Below are positions 49,946-59,743 of a stretch of DNA of 64,000 nt, piece after piece. Under the pieces are notes generated by a model, which saw only the letters and a program-made list of their open reading frames with translations, was not told where the DNA came from and made no database searches. A program made the position numbers and the translations under genes. This stretch comes from Polyangiales bacterium (lineage in GTDB: Bacteria > Myxococcota_A > Polyangia > Polyangiales > Ga0077539). Position 1 is the first letter of the stretch. Every line of letters begins with the position of its first letter. Location: the NCBI GenBank assembly GCA_044229975.1, contig JBGARZ010000001.1:320001-384000 (forward strand), read 5' to 3'.

Positions 49946-51166
49946 ATGACGGAATCCGACGACAACCTCCCGGTTCTGGGTCTTGTGCGGCCCGACCCCG
50001 TTCGGGCGACCTTGCGCATGACCAGCCAGGGAAAGATCGTCGGTCATCACCCCAGCATTCGCGAGGTCTTGAGCACGGTCGAGCATGTGGCAAAGGCCAA
50101 TTGCACGGTGCTGGTGACGGGGGAGAGCGGCACCGGCAAGGAGCTGGTGGTGGCGGCCCTCCACGACGCCTCGCTGCGCTCGAAGGGCCCGGTGGTGACG
50201 GTCAACTGCGCGGCCATCCCGCAGTCCCTCATCGAGGCGCACCTGTTTGGTCACGTGAAGGGCGCATTTACCGGCGCGGCGACGTCGAACCAGGGCATGG
50301 TCGCCGCCGCCGAGGGAGGCACCCTCTTCTTCGACGAAATTGGCGAGCTTCCACCGTTGATGCAGGTGAAGCTCCTGCGGCTCTTGCAGCAGCGCGAGTA
50401 CATCCCCGTGGGGGATTTCAAGACCGTGCGCTGCGACATCCGGGTGGTGGCGGCGACCAATCGTGACCTGGAGACGGAGGTCGCCGCGGGGCGCTTCCGC
50501 GAAGATCTCTTCTATCGCCTCAACGTGGTGCATCTCCACCTGCCCACGCTGCGCCAGCGGGGCGGGGACATCGAGCTCCTCGCGATGCACTTCCTTCGGA
50601 CGGTGACCGCGCGCAGCAACCGGGTGACGCCGTCGAGCATCGAGCCCGTCGCGATGAAGGCCCTCACGTCGTACGCGTGGCCGGGCAACATTCGCGAGCT
50701 CGAAAACGCCATCGAGCGCGCCGTGCTGCTGGCCCCCGGCGCGATGGTGACCCTGACCGACCTGCCACAGAGGGTTCGCGACGGCCTCCGTCCGACGCCG
50801 GCGCCGCCGATGCCCGTCGAGCAGAGCGTTCTACCGCCAGCTCCCGTCGACACGGGCCGGGGGCGCTCGTCCTTCCCGGAGCCTCCTTCGCCGCCCGAGC
50901 CGCTGCCCCGCCAGCGCATCGTCGACACGGGTGACGTGATTCCGCCGTACCCGCCGATGCCTGCGAAGGTGGTGTCACCCTTCGCGCCTCCGTTGTTGCC
51001 CGAGGAGGGGCTCGACCTCCAGGCCACGGTGGAGAGCTTCGAAAACGCCCTCATCGTCCAGGCGCTTCGGCGTACGTCCAACAACAAGAACCGCGCGGCT
51101 CAGCTCCTCCAGATGAACCGCACGACCCTCATCGAGAAGATCCGCCGCAAGCGCCTCGACGTGTAG
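49946..51166 (+). CDS. sigma54-dependent enhancer-binding protein (AAA+ and Fis HTH) with no N-terminal sensor domain
   Basis: GESGTGKE, NCAAIP, GAFTGA, FDEIGE, QVKLLR, FREDLFYRL, WPGNIREL, NKNRAAQLLQMNRTTL. Confidence 0.92.
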   Translation: MTESDDNLPVLGLVRPDPVRATLRMTSQGKIVGHHPSIREVLSTVEHVAKANCTVLVTGESGTGKELVVAALHDASLRSKGPVVTVNCAAIPQSLIEAHLFGHVKGAFTGAATSNQGMVAAAEGGTLFFDEIGELPPLMQVKLLRLLQQREYIPVGDFKTVRCDIRVVAATNRDLETEVAAGRFREDLFYRLNVVHLHLPTLRQRGGDIELLAMHFLRTVTARSNRVTPSSIEPVAMKALTSYAWPGNIRELENAIERAVLLAPGAMVTLTDLPQRVRDGLRPTPAPPMPVEQSVLPPAPVDTGRGRSSFPEPPSPPEPLPRQRIVDTGDVIPPYPPMPAKVVSPFAPPLLPEEGLDLQATVESFENALIVQALRRTSNNKNRAAQLLQMNRTTLIEKIRRKRLDV

Positions 51167-51214
51167 GTAGTGCTTCGGGTCGGGCGCCGTGTGGGCTTAG
51201 ACTCCCGGGCCGAC

Positions 51215-52093
51215 ATGATGGGCAACTCTCGCGGGCTCGTGGTGATGTGTCTATTGCTGGTGGGGGCCTGCAAGAGCGGTCCTCCCACGCTGCCCCCAAA
51301 CCCCCCGACGGAGGCGCCCCAGGGGCTCGATCTCGCGCCCGAGCGCATCCGCCGCGGGTCGTCCGCCAGCACCGGGTCGGGGGTGGACACCGACCGGCCC
51401 GAAGGGGTGGTGCGCACCGCGGTGTTGCGCCATCGGGAGGCCATTCGCGGGTGCTACGAGCGGGTGCTCCCGGCCTCGCCCGACGCGGCGGGTCGCATCG
51501 ATCTGAGCTTCGTGGTCGAGGTCAACGGCAACGTGTTCGACGCGGCGGCGGAGACCGATGCCCCGGCGCTGCGGCCGGCGCGCGAGTGCATCCTCGCCAT
51601 CGTGCGACCGCTGCGCATCGAAGGGGTGCGGCACCCGCTGCGCGTGACCTTCCCGATACAGTTCGAGAACACCCCGTTGGAGCTGACGGTGCCCGAGGTG
51701 GTGCTCTTCCCGCGCATGCGCATCCCGGGCGCGGACAGCATCGCCGCGATCGTGCGCGCGGGGTCGGGCAACCTCACCAGCGACGAGGCCGCGGCGGTGC
51801 TGTCGCTCCGCACCAACGATCACCTCAACTGCTACCTCCCGCTCCTGCGCGAGCGCACGACGCGACGGGCGGAGGGCTCGGCCCGCTTCTCTCTCGCGGT
51901 GAACCCCGATGGGACCATCGGCGAGGTCTTCCTCGGGCCGCTCGACGAGCCGGTGCGGGCGAGCGGCGAGTGCCACATGAACCTCCTGCGCGCGGCGCAG
52001 ATGCGGGCCACGGGTCGGCGCGCGACCATCGCGGTGACCTTCGCGATGCGCCCGCAGGAGGAGCCCACCCCCGCGCCCGCGCCGAGGCGCTGA
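51215..52093 (+). CDS. Lipoprotein with two AgmX/PglI C-terminal (TonB-C-like) domains
   Basis: Lipobox VGAC; IRGCYERVL...AGRIDLSFVVEVNGNV...VTFPIQF; second copy LNCY...EGSARFSLAVNPDGTI. Confidence 0.72.
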   Translation: MMGNSRGLVVMCLLLVGACKSGPPTLPPNPPTEAPQGLDLAPERIRRGSSASTGSGVDTDRPEGVVRTAVLRHREAIRGCYERVLPASPDAAGRIDLSFVVEVNGNVFDAAAETDAPALRPARECILAIVRPLRIEGVRHPLRVTFPIQFENTPLELTVPEVVLFPRMRIPGADSIAAIVRAGSGNLTSDEAAAVLSLRTNDHLNCYLPLLRERTTRRAEGSARFSLAVNPDGTIGEVFLGPLDEPVRASGECHMNLLRAAQMRATGRRATIAVTFAMRPQEEPTPAPAPRR

Positions 52094-52162
52094 GCGGCGC
52101 CAGCGCTCGACAGGTGCCCCCGCGTCGGGGTATCGCCGACGCCCAACGGAGGAATCGAGACG

Positions 52163-52675
52163 ATGCACAAGTTCAGCGTGACCCACGAGTTTGCCTGCAC
52201 CCCGGCGACGTTCTGGAAGCTCAACTTCGACCGCGAGGTCAACGAGACGCTCTACAAGACCGTGCTGCGCTTCCCCGACTACACCGTGTCCGAGCTGCGT
52301 GACACCGACGCGGAGATCTTCCGTCGCACCGTCGCGACCCCGAAGATGGACCTCCCCGCCGCCGTCCAGAAGGTGCTCGGCGCGAACTTCAAGTACACGG
52401 AGGAGACGACCTTCGACAAGAAGGCCGGGCGCGCGACCTTCAAGGGCATCCCGAGCACCATGGCCGACAAGCTCACGACCAACGGAGTGATGAAGGTCGA
52501 GGCCGTGGGCGCCGACCGCAGCCGCCGCGTGGTGGAGTTCACCGTCGACGCGAAGGTCATGCTCGTGGGTGGCCTGCTGGAGCAGACCGCCGAGAAGCAG
52601 ATGCGCGACGCCTACGACAAGAACGCGACGTTCTTGAACAAGTGGATCACCGAGCACGACCTCACGGGCAAGTGA
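52163..52675 (+). CDS. DUF2505-like (START/SRPBCC-fold) protein
   Basis: GGAGG RBS; LPAAVQKVLG...YTEET...VDAKVMLVGGLLE pattern. Confidence 0.72.
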   Translation: MHKFSVTHEFACTPATFWKLNFDREVNETLYKTVLRFPDYTVSELRDTDAEIFRRTVATPKMDLPAAVQKVLGANFKYTEETTFDKKAGRATFKGIPSTMADKLTTNGVMKVEAVGADRSRRVVEFTVDAKVMLVGGLLEQTAEKQMRDAYDKNATFLNKWITEHDLTGK

Positions 52676-52681
52676 CCTGAC

Positions 52682-54298
52682 TCAGCGCGGGCGCTCGGCG
52701 GACCACACCTCGGCGAGGGGTGACCCGTCGGGTTGCACGATGACCCGCTCGCGGCGCAGTCGCTCGAAGGTGGGCGAGCGCATGAGAGCGCGGAGCTGGA
52801 GGTAGTGGATGAGCTCCTCGGGTGGGCCGAAGGTCGGCCCGAGGAGCCCGTCGCTCCAGGTGACGAAGACGTGCAGGTGACCGGGGCGCGCGGGGAGCGG
52901 GGCCTTGGAGAGGTCGTGGCCCACGGCGGCGCCGCGGCGCAGCGCGAAGTGCAGCGGGTGCAGCGCATAGTCGGAGACGACCACCAGCGCCGGGCGTGAC
53001 CCGCGCAGGCGATCGACCTCGGCGCGCACGATGTCGACCAGGGCCACGCGCTCACGCGGAGACTTCCACCCGCGATACCCGCCGCCGCCCGCGAGCACCC
53101 AGAAGCCCGCATCGGGTGATCCTCCGGAGAGGAAGAAGCGCGCGGCGCGCAGCGTCGGGGAGCACGCGAGGTAGAGCGCCACGACGAAGGGGAGCGCGCG
53201 GAGGCGGGCGGAGCGGTCTTCGGCGAGCGCCGCCAGGGCGAGGACGAAGGGCGCGAGCGTGACGAAGAGGTAGCGCTCGGCGTCGATGGCGGGGAGGTTC
53301 CAGGGGCGCGCGGGGGCGAGCAGCAGGGGGAGGCCGACGAGGGCCACGACGAGGTGGATGCGCGCGAAGCGGACGAGGTCGTGCGCGACGGGTTCGCGCG
53401 ACGCGGAGCGCAGCGCGACGGCGACGAGGGCCAGCAGGGCGAGGGCGAGCGCCCACTCCAGCGGACGCGGAACGGTCTCGCCGGTGAAGTGGCGGAGGGT
53501 GGCCTCGCCGGTCCAACCGCCGCCGACGGAGAGCGCGAAGACGTGGAGCCTCGCGCCGAGGTGGACGAACCACCGCATGGGCGAGAGCGACCGCTGCGCG
53601 ACGACGCCGGCGGCGCCGTAGAGCACCGGGACGACGTGCAGCGAGGCGAGCGCGGCGGCGACCCAGGCGGCGGGTCGACGCAAGAGCGCGCGGTGGGTGG
53701 TGGCCCCGACGAACACCACCGACGCGACGATGGGGACGAGCGCGAGCGGAGAGAAATGGATGCCGAGCGCGAGGCACTGCGCGGCCACGACGAGGGTGAG
53801 CGCCGAGCCGGTGCGAGCGGCCAGCAGGACGAGCAGCGGGCCGAGCACCGAGAGGCCGAGCGAGAGCGCATAGGGGACCGTCACCGAGCGGCTCCAGAGC
53901 ACCGCCCACGGGTGCACCGCGAGCAGGGCGGCGACGACGAGGGCGCCGCGGCGCAGGCCGAGGCGACGGGCGACGAGGGACGAGGCGACGAGGCAGAGGG
54001 CGAGGCCGACGACGAGCACCGCGCGGGCGCTCGCGAAGGAGACGCCGAGGGCGCGGTACGAGAGGGCGATGAGGCGCGCGAAGAGGGTGCTGACGAAGCG
54101 CGCGTCGGGGGTCATGCGCGGGGCGTGGCCGTCGAGCACGTCGAGGCCGAAGAGGGTCCAGTTGCCCTCGTCGTTGCAGGGGTTGGGCAGCGCGCCGAGC
54201 CAGGGCAAGCGCAGCGCGAGGGCGACGGTGACGAGGGCAGCGAGGGCGATCCACCAGCGGGCGGACGGGCGCGGTGAGGGTGTCGACGCGGGGTCCAC
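52682..54298 (-). CDS. GT-C fold membrane glycosyltransferase (ArnT/PMT-like, GT39/GT83-like), copy 1
   Basis: LALRL...DEGNW after TM1; ARAV; HPWAVLWSR; many TM helices. Confidence 0.78.
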   Translation of the reverse strand: MDPASTPSPRPSARWWIALAALVTVALALRLPWLGALPNPCNDEGNWTLFGLDVLDGHAPRMTPDARFVSTLFARLIALSYRALGVSFASARAVLVVGLALCLVASSLVARRLGLRRGALVVAALLAVHPWAVLWSRSVTVPYALSLGLSVLGPLLVLLAARTGSALTLVVAAQCLALGIHFSPLALVPIVASVVFVGATTHRALLRRPAAWVAAALASLHVVPVLYGAAGVVAQRSLSPMRWFVHLGARLHVFALSVGGGWTGEATLRHFTGETVPRPLEWALALALLALVAVALRSASREPVAHDLVRFARIHLVVALVGLPLLLAPARPWNLPAIDAERYLFVTLAPFVLALAALAEDRSARLRALPFVVALYLACSPTLRAARFFLSGGSPDAGFWVLAGGGGYRGWKSPRERVALVDIVRAEVDRLRGSRPALVVVSDYALHPLHFALRRGAAVGHDLSKAPLPARPGHLHVFVTWSDGLLGPTFGPPEELIHYLQLRALMRSPTFERLRRERVIVQPDGSPLAEVWSAERPR

Positions 54299-54355
54299 TG
54301 GGCGCGCGGAGGATACGTTGCCAGCCGCGACACCCCGCGGGCATAGTTACCGCCG

Positions 54356-55813
54356 ATGGGCGAGCGGGTCTGGGGCGATGCCCGCGAGCGAGCGGTGGCG
54401 GGTGGGGTCGTCGCGCTCGCCCTGGCGCTGCGGCTGCCGTGGCTCGGCGCGATGCCGACGCCGTGCGGCGACGAGGGCAACTGGCCGCTGCTGGGCCTCT
54501 CCCTCTCGCGGGGATTGCCGGCTTCATTGCCTCCCGACGCGGGCTTCGTCTCGACGGCCTTTGCGTGGCTCATCGCGGGGTCGTTTCGGGTGTTCGGCCC
54601 GTCGTTCATGGCGGCGCGGCTGGTGCTCGTGGTGGGGCTCATCGGGTGTGCGCTGGGTGGCGCCCGGCTGCTGCGCCGGGGCCCTGCGGTGGCCTTCGCG
54701 GCGGTGTTGCTGTTGCACCCGTGGTCGGTCGCGTGGTCGCGCACGGCGAGCGTTCCGTATGCGCTCTCGCTCGGCCTGGGCGCGCTCGGTTGTGTCGCGT
54801 GGTGGTCAGCCCTGGGGGCTCGGTCGACGATGGGTACGCTCCTCGCCGCGCAGTGCCTCGGCGTGAGCTTCCACTTCTCACCGCTCGCCGCGCTGCCCGC
54901 CCTCACCTGCGCGCTGTGGACCCTCGCGCCCGGTCAGCGATGGGCGCTCCGCTGGCCCGCGCTCTGGGCCTCCGCCGTCGCGGGAGCTCTGCATCTGGTG
55001 CCGCTGGTTCGCGGAGTGCTCGCCGTCCCGCGGGGCGCCGCGCACGACCACGGCGGTCGCGTCGTCGACGCCGCGCGCATGATGATCGGCGACCTGAGCG
55101 GCGCCTCCACGCTGCGACACTTCGCGGGCGTCACCGGCACGACCGAGGCGCTCGCGGGCGTCGCCTGGATCGCTCTCGCGGTCGTGAGCGCGCGGGCCGT
55201 GTGGCGCGAGTCGCTCGGGCGCTTCGCCGCGCTCGGGATCGCGGTGTCGGCGGTGGGTCTCCCGCTCATGCTGGCGCCAGCGCGCGCGTGGTCGATGCCC
55301 ACCATCGACGCCGACCGCTACGGCTTCGCGTTGCTCGTCCCGTGGGCCCTGTGGTGCGCCGCGTGGGCGCGCTCGCAGCCGAAGCGCGCGGCGGTGGGTG
55401 CAGGGGCGTTGGCGATGGTGATGACCGCGTTGATGACGTCGCACTTCCTTTGGGGAGGCGGGGCCGACCTCGGGCTCGACGTCGCGCGCGGTGGTGGGCG
55501 CTACCGAGGGTGGCAGGTCGCGCGGGAGAGGGTGGCGCTGCCTGTCCTGGTGCGGCGTGCGGTGCTCGACGACGCGAGGGGAGAGCCCGCGGTGGTGACG
55601 TGGGACGACTATGCGTTGCACCCGGTGCGCTTCGTCGACGTCGCGTCGGGTGACGACCGCGTACGGCACGCGTGGGTGGGCTCGCGACTGCCTGAAGGCC
55701 GGCGGGTCTATCGCGTGGTGAGCGGCGAGCGCGGGATTGCGGGGTGGCGACGGGTGCGACGGTGGACGATGGCTGATGGCTCACCGCTCGCGACGTTGTG
55801 GGCCAACGAGTGA
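54356..55813 (+). CDS. GT-C fold membrane glycosyltransferase, copy 2 (paralog of the divergent neighbour)
   Basis: LALRLPWLGAMPTPCGDEGNW; HPWSVAWSR; same motif order as 52682..54298. Confidence 0.78.
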   Translation: MGERVWGDARERAVAGGVVALALALRLPWLGAMPTPCGDEGNWPLLGLSLSRGLPASLPPDAGFVSTAFAWLIAGSFRVFGPSFMAARLVLVVGLIGCALGGARLLRRGPAVAFAAVLLLHPWSVAWSRTASVPYALSLGLGALGCVAWWSALGARSTMGTLLAAQCLGVSFHFSPLAALPALTCALWTLAPGQRWALRWPALWASAVAGALHLVPLVRGVLAVPRGAAHDHGGRVVDAARMMIGDLSGASTLRHFAGVTGTTEALAGVAWIALAVVSARAVWRESLGRFAALGIAVSAVGLPLMLAPARAWSMPTIDADRYGFALLVPWALWCAAWARSQPKRAAVGAGALAMVMTALMTSHFLWGGGADLGLDVARGGGRYRGWQVARERVALPVLVRRAVLDDARGEPAVVTWDDYALHPVRFVDVASGDDRVRHAWVGSRLPEGRRVYRVVSGERGIAGWRRVRRWTMADGSPLATLWANE

Positions 55814-55885
55814 CGGGCGGCGCAGGAGCGGAAATGGCCGCAAGGGCGCAAGGGTCGCAACGCGGAGAAGATGGTCAGCCGGAGG

Positions 55886-56664
55886 CTACTTGCCGGTCCA
55901 GACGGGGGCGCGCTTCTGGAGGAAGGCTGCGATGCCTTCGCGCGCGTCGTCCGTGCCGAGGAGGTCGGCGAGCGCGTCGCGCAGCATCGGGAGCGAGTGC
56001 TCCATCGCCATGTCGCCCTGGCGCGCCCAGGCCGCGAGCCCGCGGGTCATGGCCGTCGGCGAGCGCGTCGCGAGCTCACCCGCGAGCGTGTCCACCGTGG
56101 CGTCGAGCGCGTCGCCCGCGACCACCCGGTTGAGGAGCCCCACGCGCTGCCCGTCGGCCGCGGTCATCTTCTGCCCGAGCAGCATCATCTCCAAAAGCGG
56201 CCGCCGCGGAACGATTCGCGACAGCACCGCCATGATCATCATCGGAAACAATCCCCGGTGGATCTCCGGCGTGCCGAGCGTCGCGTCGTCGGCCGCCAGC
56301 GCGAAGTGCGACGCCGCCGCGAGCCCCAGCCCGCCGCCCATGCAGTTGCCGCGCACCTTCGCCACGATGGGCTTCGGCGATCGCACCATGGCCAGCAGCA
56401 GGTCGGCGTAGTCGCCGCGGAAGTCGAGCCCCTCGCCCGCGCCGGACATCTGCCCGATGTTGCCGCCCGCGCAGAAGTGACCGCCCGCCCCGGTGAGCAC
56501 GAGCACCCGCACATCCGCGTCGTCGGCCACCCGACCGAGCACGTGCAGGAGCTCGTTGGCCATCTCCGGGCCGATGGCGTTGCGCTTCTCGGGGACGTTG
56601 AGCGTCGCGGTCGCGATGGCGCCACCCTCGACCGCGCGCGTCTCGTACGTGAGCGTACGAAAGC

Positions 56665-56668
<4 letters not shown>
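55886..56668 (-). CDS. Enoyl-CoA hydratase/isomerase (crotonase) family protein
   Basis: LNVPEKRNA, FCAGG, MGGGLGL, PEIHRGLFP, DAREGIAAFLQKR; ATGA overlap with the upstream gene. Confidence 0.9.
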
Positions 56669-57525
<857 letters not shown>

Positions 57526-57556
57526 GTCGTCCTCTCGCGTCGGTGTGAGGGCCCCA

Positions 57557-58204
57557 TCAAGGACAGCCCTCGTCGGTCATGCCGTTGCAGTTGTCGTCCA
57601 GCCGGTTGCCACACGCCTCCATCAACTGCGGGACCACCTGATCGGAGCAGCCCCGGGTGGAGCCCACGCAGCGATAGGTGCCCGCGCGGCAGATGCCCAC
57701 GCCCTGGGTGCCCGGCGCCCCGGTGTAACAGGGAGCGGTCGCGATGTTGTCCACCGCCGTGTCGCAGTCGTCGTCGATGCCGTTGCACGTCTCGACCGCG
57801 GGCAGGATCTCTCCGTTGCAGGTCGTCGCCCAGCGACCGCTCGCACACCGCTGGAAGCCGTCGAAGCACAGCCCCACCATGCGGGTGCCGGGGTTGCCCG
57901 TGTAGCAGGCGCGCGTCGAGCCCATCTCGCACTCCACCCCCGCGCCGAGGTCGACCACATCGGGACTGTCGACCCCGCGGTCGGCGTTCACGTCCGCGAC
58001 CGCCACCTCGTCGCCTGGGACGTCCATCGGCTCCGCGGTGACGTCGCGCACGTCGGCGCCACCGGCATCGAGCGCGTCGTCGGGCTTGCCGAGGTCGTTG
58101 GCGCTCGCGTCGACGTCGTCGAGGCGACCGTCGCCCTCGGAGACCGTCGCGCACCCCAATACGACCGTCAGGAGGAGGGGAGCGGCGACGATCCGGCAGG
58201 CCAT
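57557..58204 (-). CDS. Small Cys-rich lipoprotein with CNGxDDDCD (MopE-like putative metal-binding) repeats
   Basis: Lipobox VLGC; CYTG.PGT..VG.C..G...C twice; ETCNGIDDDCD; EACGNRLDDNCNGMTDEGC. Confidence 0.8.
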   Translation of the reverse strand: MACRIVAAPLLLTVVLGCATVSEGDGRLDDVDASANDLGKPDDALDAGGADVRDVTAEPMDVPGDEVAVADVNADRGVDSPDVVDLGAGVECEMGSTRACYTGNPGTRMVGLCFDGFQRCASGRWATTCNGEILPAVETCNGIDDDCDTAVDNIATAPCYTGAPGTQGVGICRAGTYRCVGSTRGCSDQVVPQLMEACGNRLDDNCNGMTDEGCP

Positions 58205-58419
58205 TGCGGCGGATGGTAACAGCCAACCCGCCCGAGGCGGAGGAGGCGACCGAAGCCGCAGGTGCGACATCGCCCACAGCCGCGCCGCAAATCGTTCGGC
58301 GAACACACGAGAGCCCTTCAGGAGACGACCGCAACGGCCGACTATGGATGGATGTGTGACGCCGTCGAGCGTCCACAACCAACCTCACAAGATGCCCGGT
58401 GGACTGAAGGGAGTCAGCG

Positions 58420-58596
58420 ATGAAGCGTTTTGCCTGTGGCGATGTGGTTCCGGGGTGTGACGCGCGATGGGTCTGCTCGTCGGAGGAGGAGGTGCTCGCG
58501 CGCGTCGCCGAGCACGCCCGGCATGACCACGGGATGACGGTCATCCCCGACGAGGTGCTCCGCTCGGTCCGCGAACACATCGTCGACGTTGATTGA
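58420..58596 (+). CDS. DUF1059-like small metal-binding protein (58 aa)
   Basis: Not in the ORF track. AAGGGAG RBS; MKRFACGDVVPGCDARWVCSSEEEVLARVAEHARHDHGMTVIPDEVLRSVREHIVDVD*. Confidence 0.85.
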   Translation: MKRFACGDVVPGCDARWVCSSEEEVLARVAEHARHDHGMTVIPDEVLRSVREHIVDVD

Positions 58597-59740
58597 CCTG
58601 GACGCCACCCCGCGACCCCACGTGCTCACCGCCCAGGGTCCGTTCGATTGGGATCCGCTGCTGGAGCGAGCGCTCCGCGGTGACGGCGTCTCCATGGTGT
58701 ATCAGCCCATCGTCGACCTCGATCGCCTGGTCGTCGCAGGCTACGAGGCCCTCACCCGCTTCGCCGGCCCGGCCCACCTGACGCCCGACCGGTGGTTCGC
58801 CGCCGCCGCCAGCCGCGGGGTGCTCGCCGACCTCGAAGCCGTCACCCTCGGCAAGGCCCTCGCGGGCCGCGGCGACCTCCCGTCCAACTGCTTCCTCACC
58901 CTCAACGTCGAGCCCGAGTCCCTGCTCTCCCCCAAGGTCGGTGGCCTGCTCGCGACCGTGGGCGACCTCCGCGGGGTCGTCGTCGAGGTCACCGAGCACC
59001 GCCCCATCGTCGACCGCCCCGCCACCGAGCGCGTGCTCGACCTGCTGCGCCGCGCGGGCGCCCTCATCGCCGTCGACGACGCCGGAACCGGATACGCCGG
59101 GCTGCAACAGATCCTCGAGCTGCGACCCTCCATCCTCAAGCTCGATCGGGTGCTGGTGGAGGGCGCCGACACCGACCCCGCCAAGGCCGCCCTCATCGAG
59201 ATGCTCGGCGTCTTCGCCAGCAAGATCGACGCGTGGCTGCTCGCCGAGGGCGTCGAGACCCCGGGCGAGGCCCGCCGCCTCATGGACCTCGGGGTCCCGC
59301 TCGCGCAGGGCTACCTCTTCGGGCGCCCCGCGGCGCCATGGTCGGAGCTCAACCCAGGGGTCAGCGAGCCGCTCCGCGCGCAGACCACGCCCAAGCGTTC
59401 GGAGACCCTGCATCCCCTCGTCGAGGCCGCCGGGTGGGTGGGCACGCGCGAGGTCACGGAGGCCACGCAGCGCCTGCGCCTCCGCACCGCCGCCGTCCTC
59501 GCCGTCCTCGACGACGATCGCCGCCCGGTGGGCCTGCTCACCCTCGACGCCGTGCTCCGCGCCGAGACCCCGTCGCCCCTCATCGCCAACGTCCACTCCA
59601 CCCTCCGCGAGGTCGCCCACCGCCTCGCCACCCGCCGCCCGGCCGACACCTCCACCCCGGTGCTCGTCACCGACAACGCCGGCCGCTACCTCGGCGTCGT
59701 CACCATCCCCCGCCTGCTCGCCGCGCTCGCCAACCTCTGA
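58589..59740 (+). CDS. EAL-domain c-di-GMP phosphodiesterase with a C-terminal CBS-like pair
   Basis: YQPIV, YEALTR, LNV, EVTE, DDAGTGY, KLDR, AEGVET, QGYLFGRP; VLDDDRRPVGLLT and VTDNAGRYLGVVT. TTG start overlaps the DUF1059-like gene by 8 nt. Confidence 0.88.
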   Translation: MIDLDATPRPHVLTAQGPFDWDPLLERALRGDGVSMVYQPIVDLDRLVVAGYEALTRFAGPAHLTPDRWFAAAASRGVLADLEAVTLGKALAGRGDLPSNCFLTLNVEPESLLSPKVGGLLATVGDLRGVVVEVTEHRPIVDRPATERVLDLLRRAGALIAVDDAGTGYAGLQQILELRPSILKLDRVLVEGADTDPAKAALIEMLGVFASKIDAWLLAEGVETPGEARRLMDLGVPLAQGYLFGRPAAPWSELNPGVSEPLRAQTTPKRSETLHPLVEAAGWVGTREVTEATQRLRLRTAAVLAVLDDDRRPVGLLTLDAVLRAETPSPLIANVHSTLREVAHRLATRRPADTSTPVLVTDNAGRYLGVVTIPRLLAALANL

Positions 59741-59743
59741 CCG

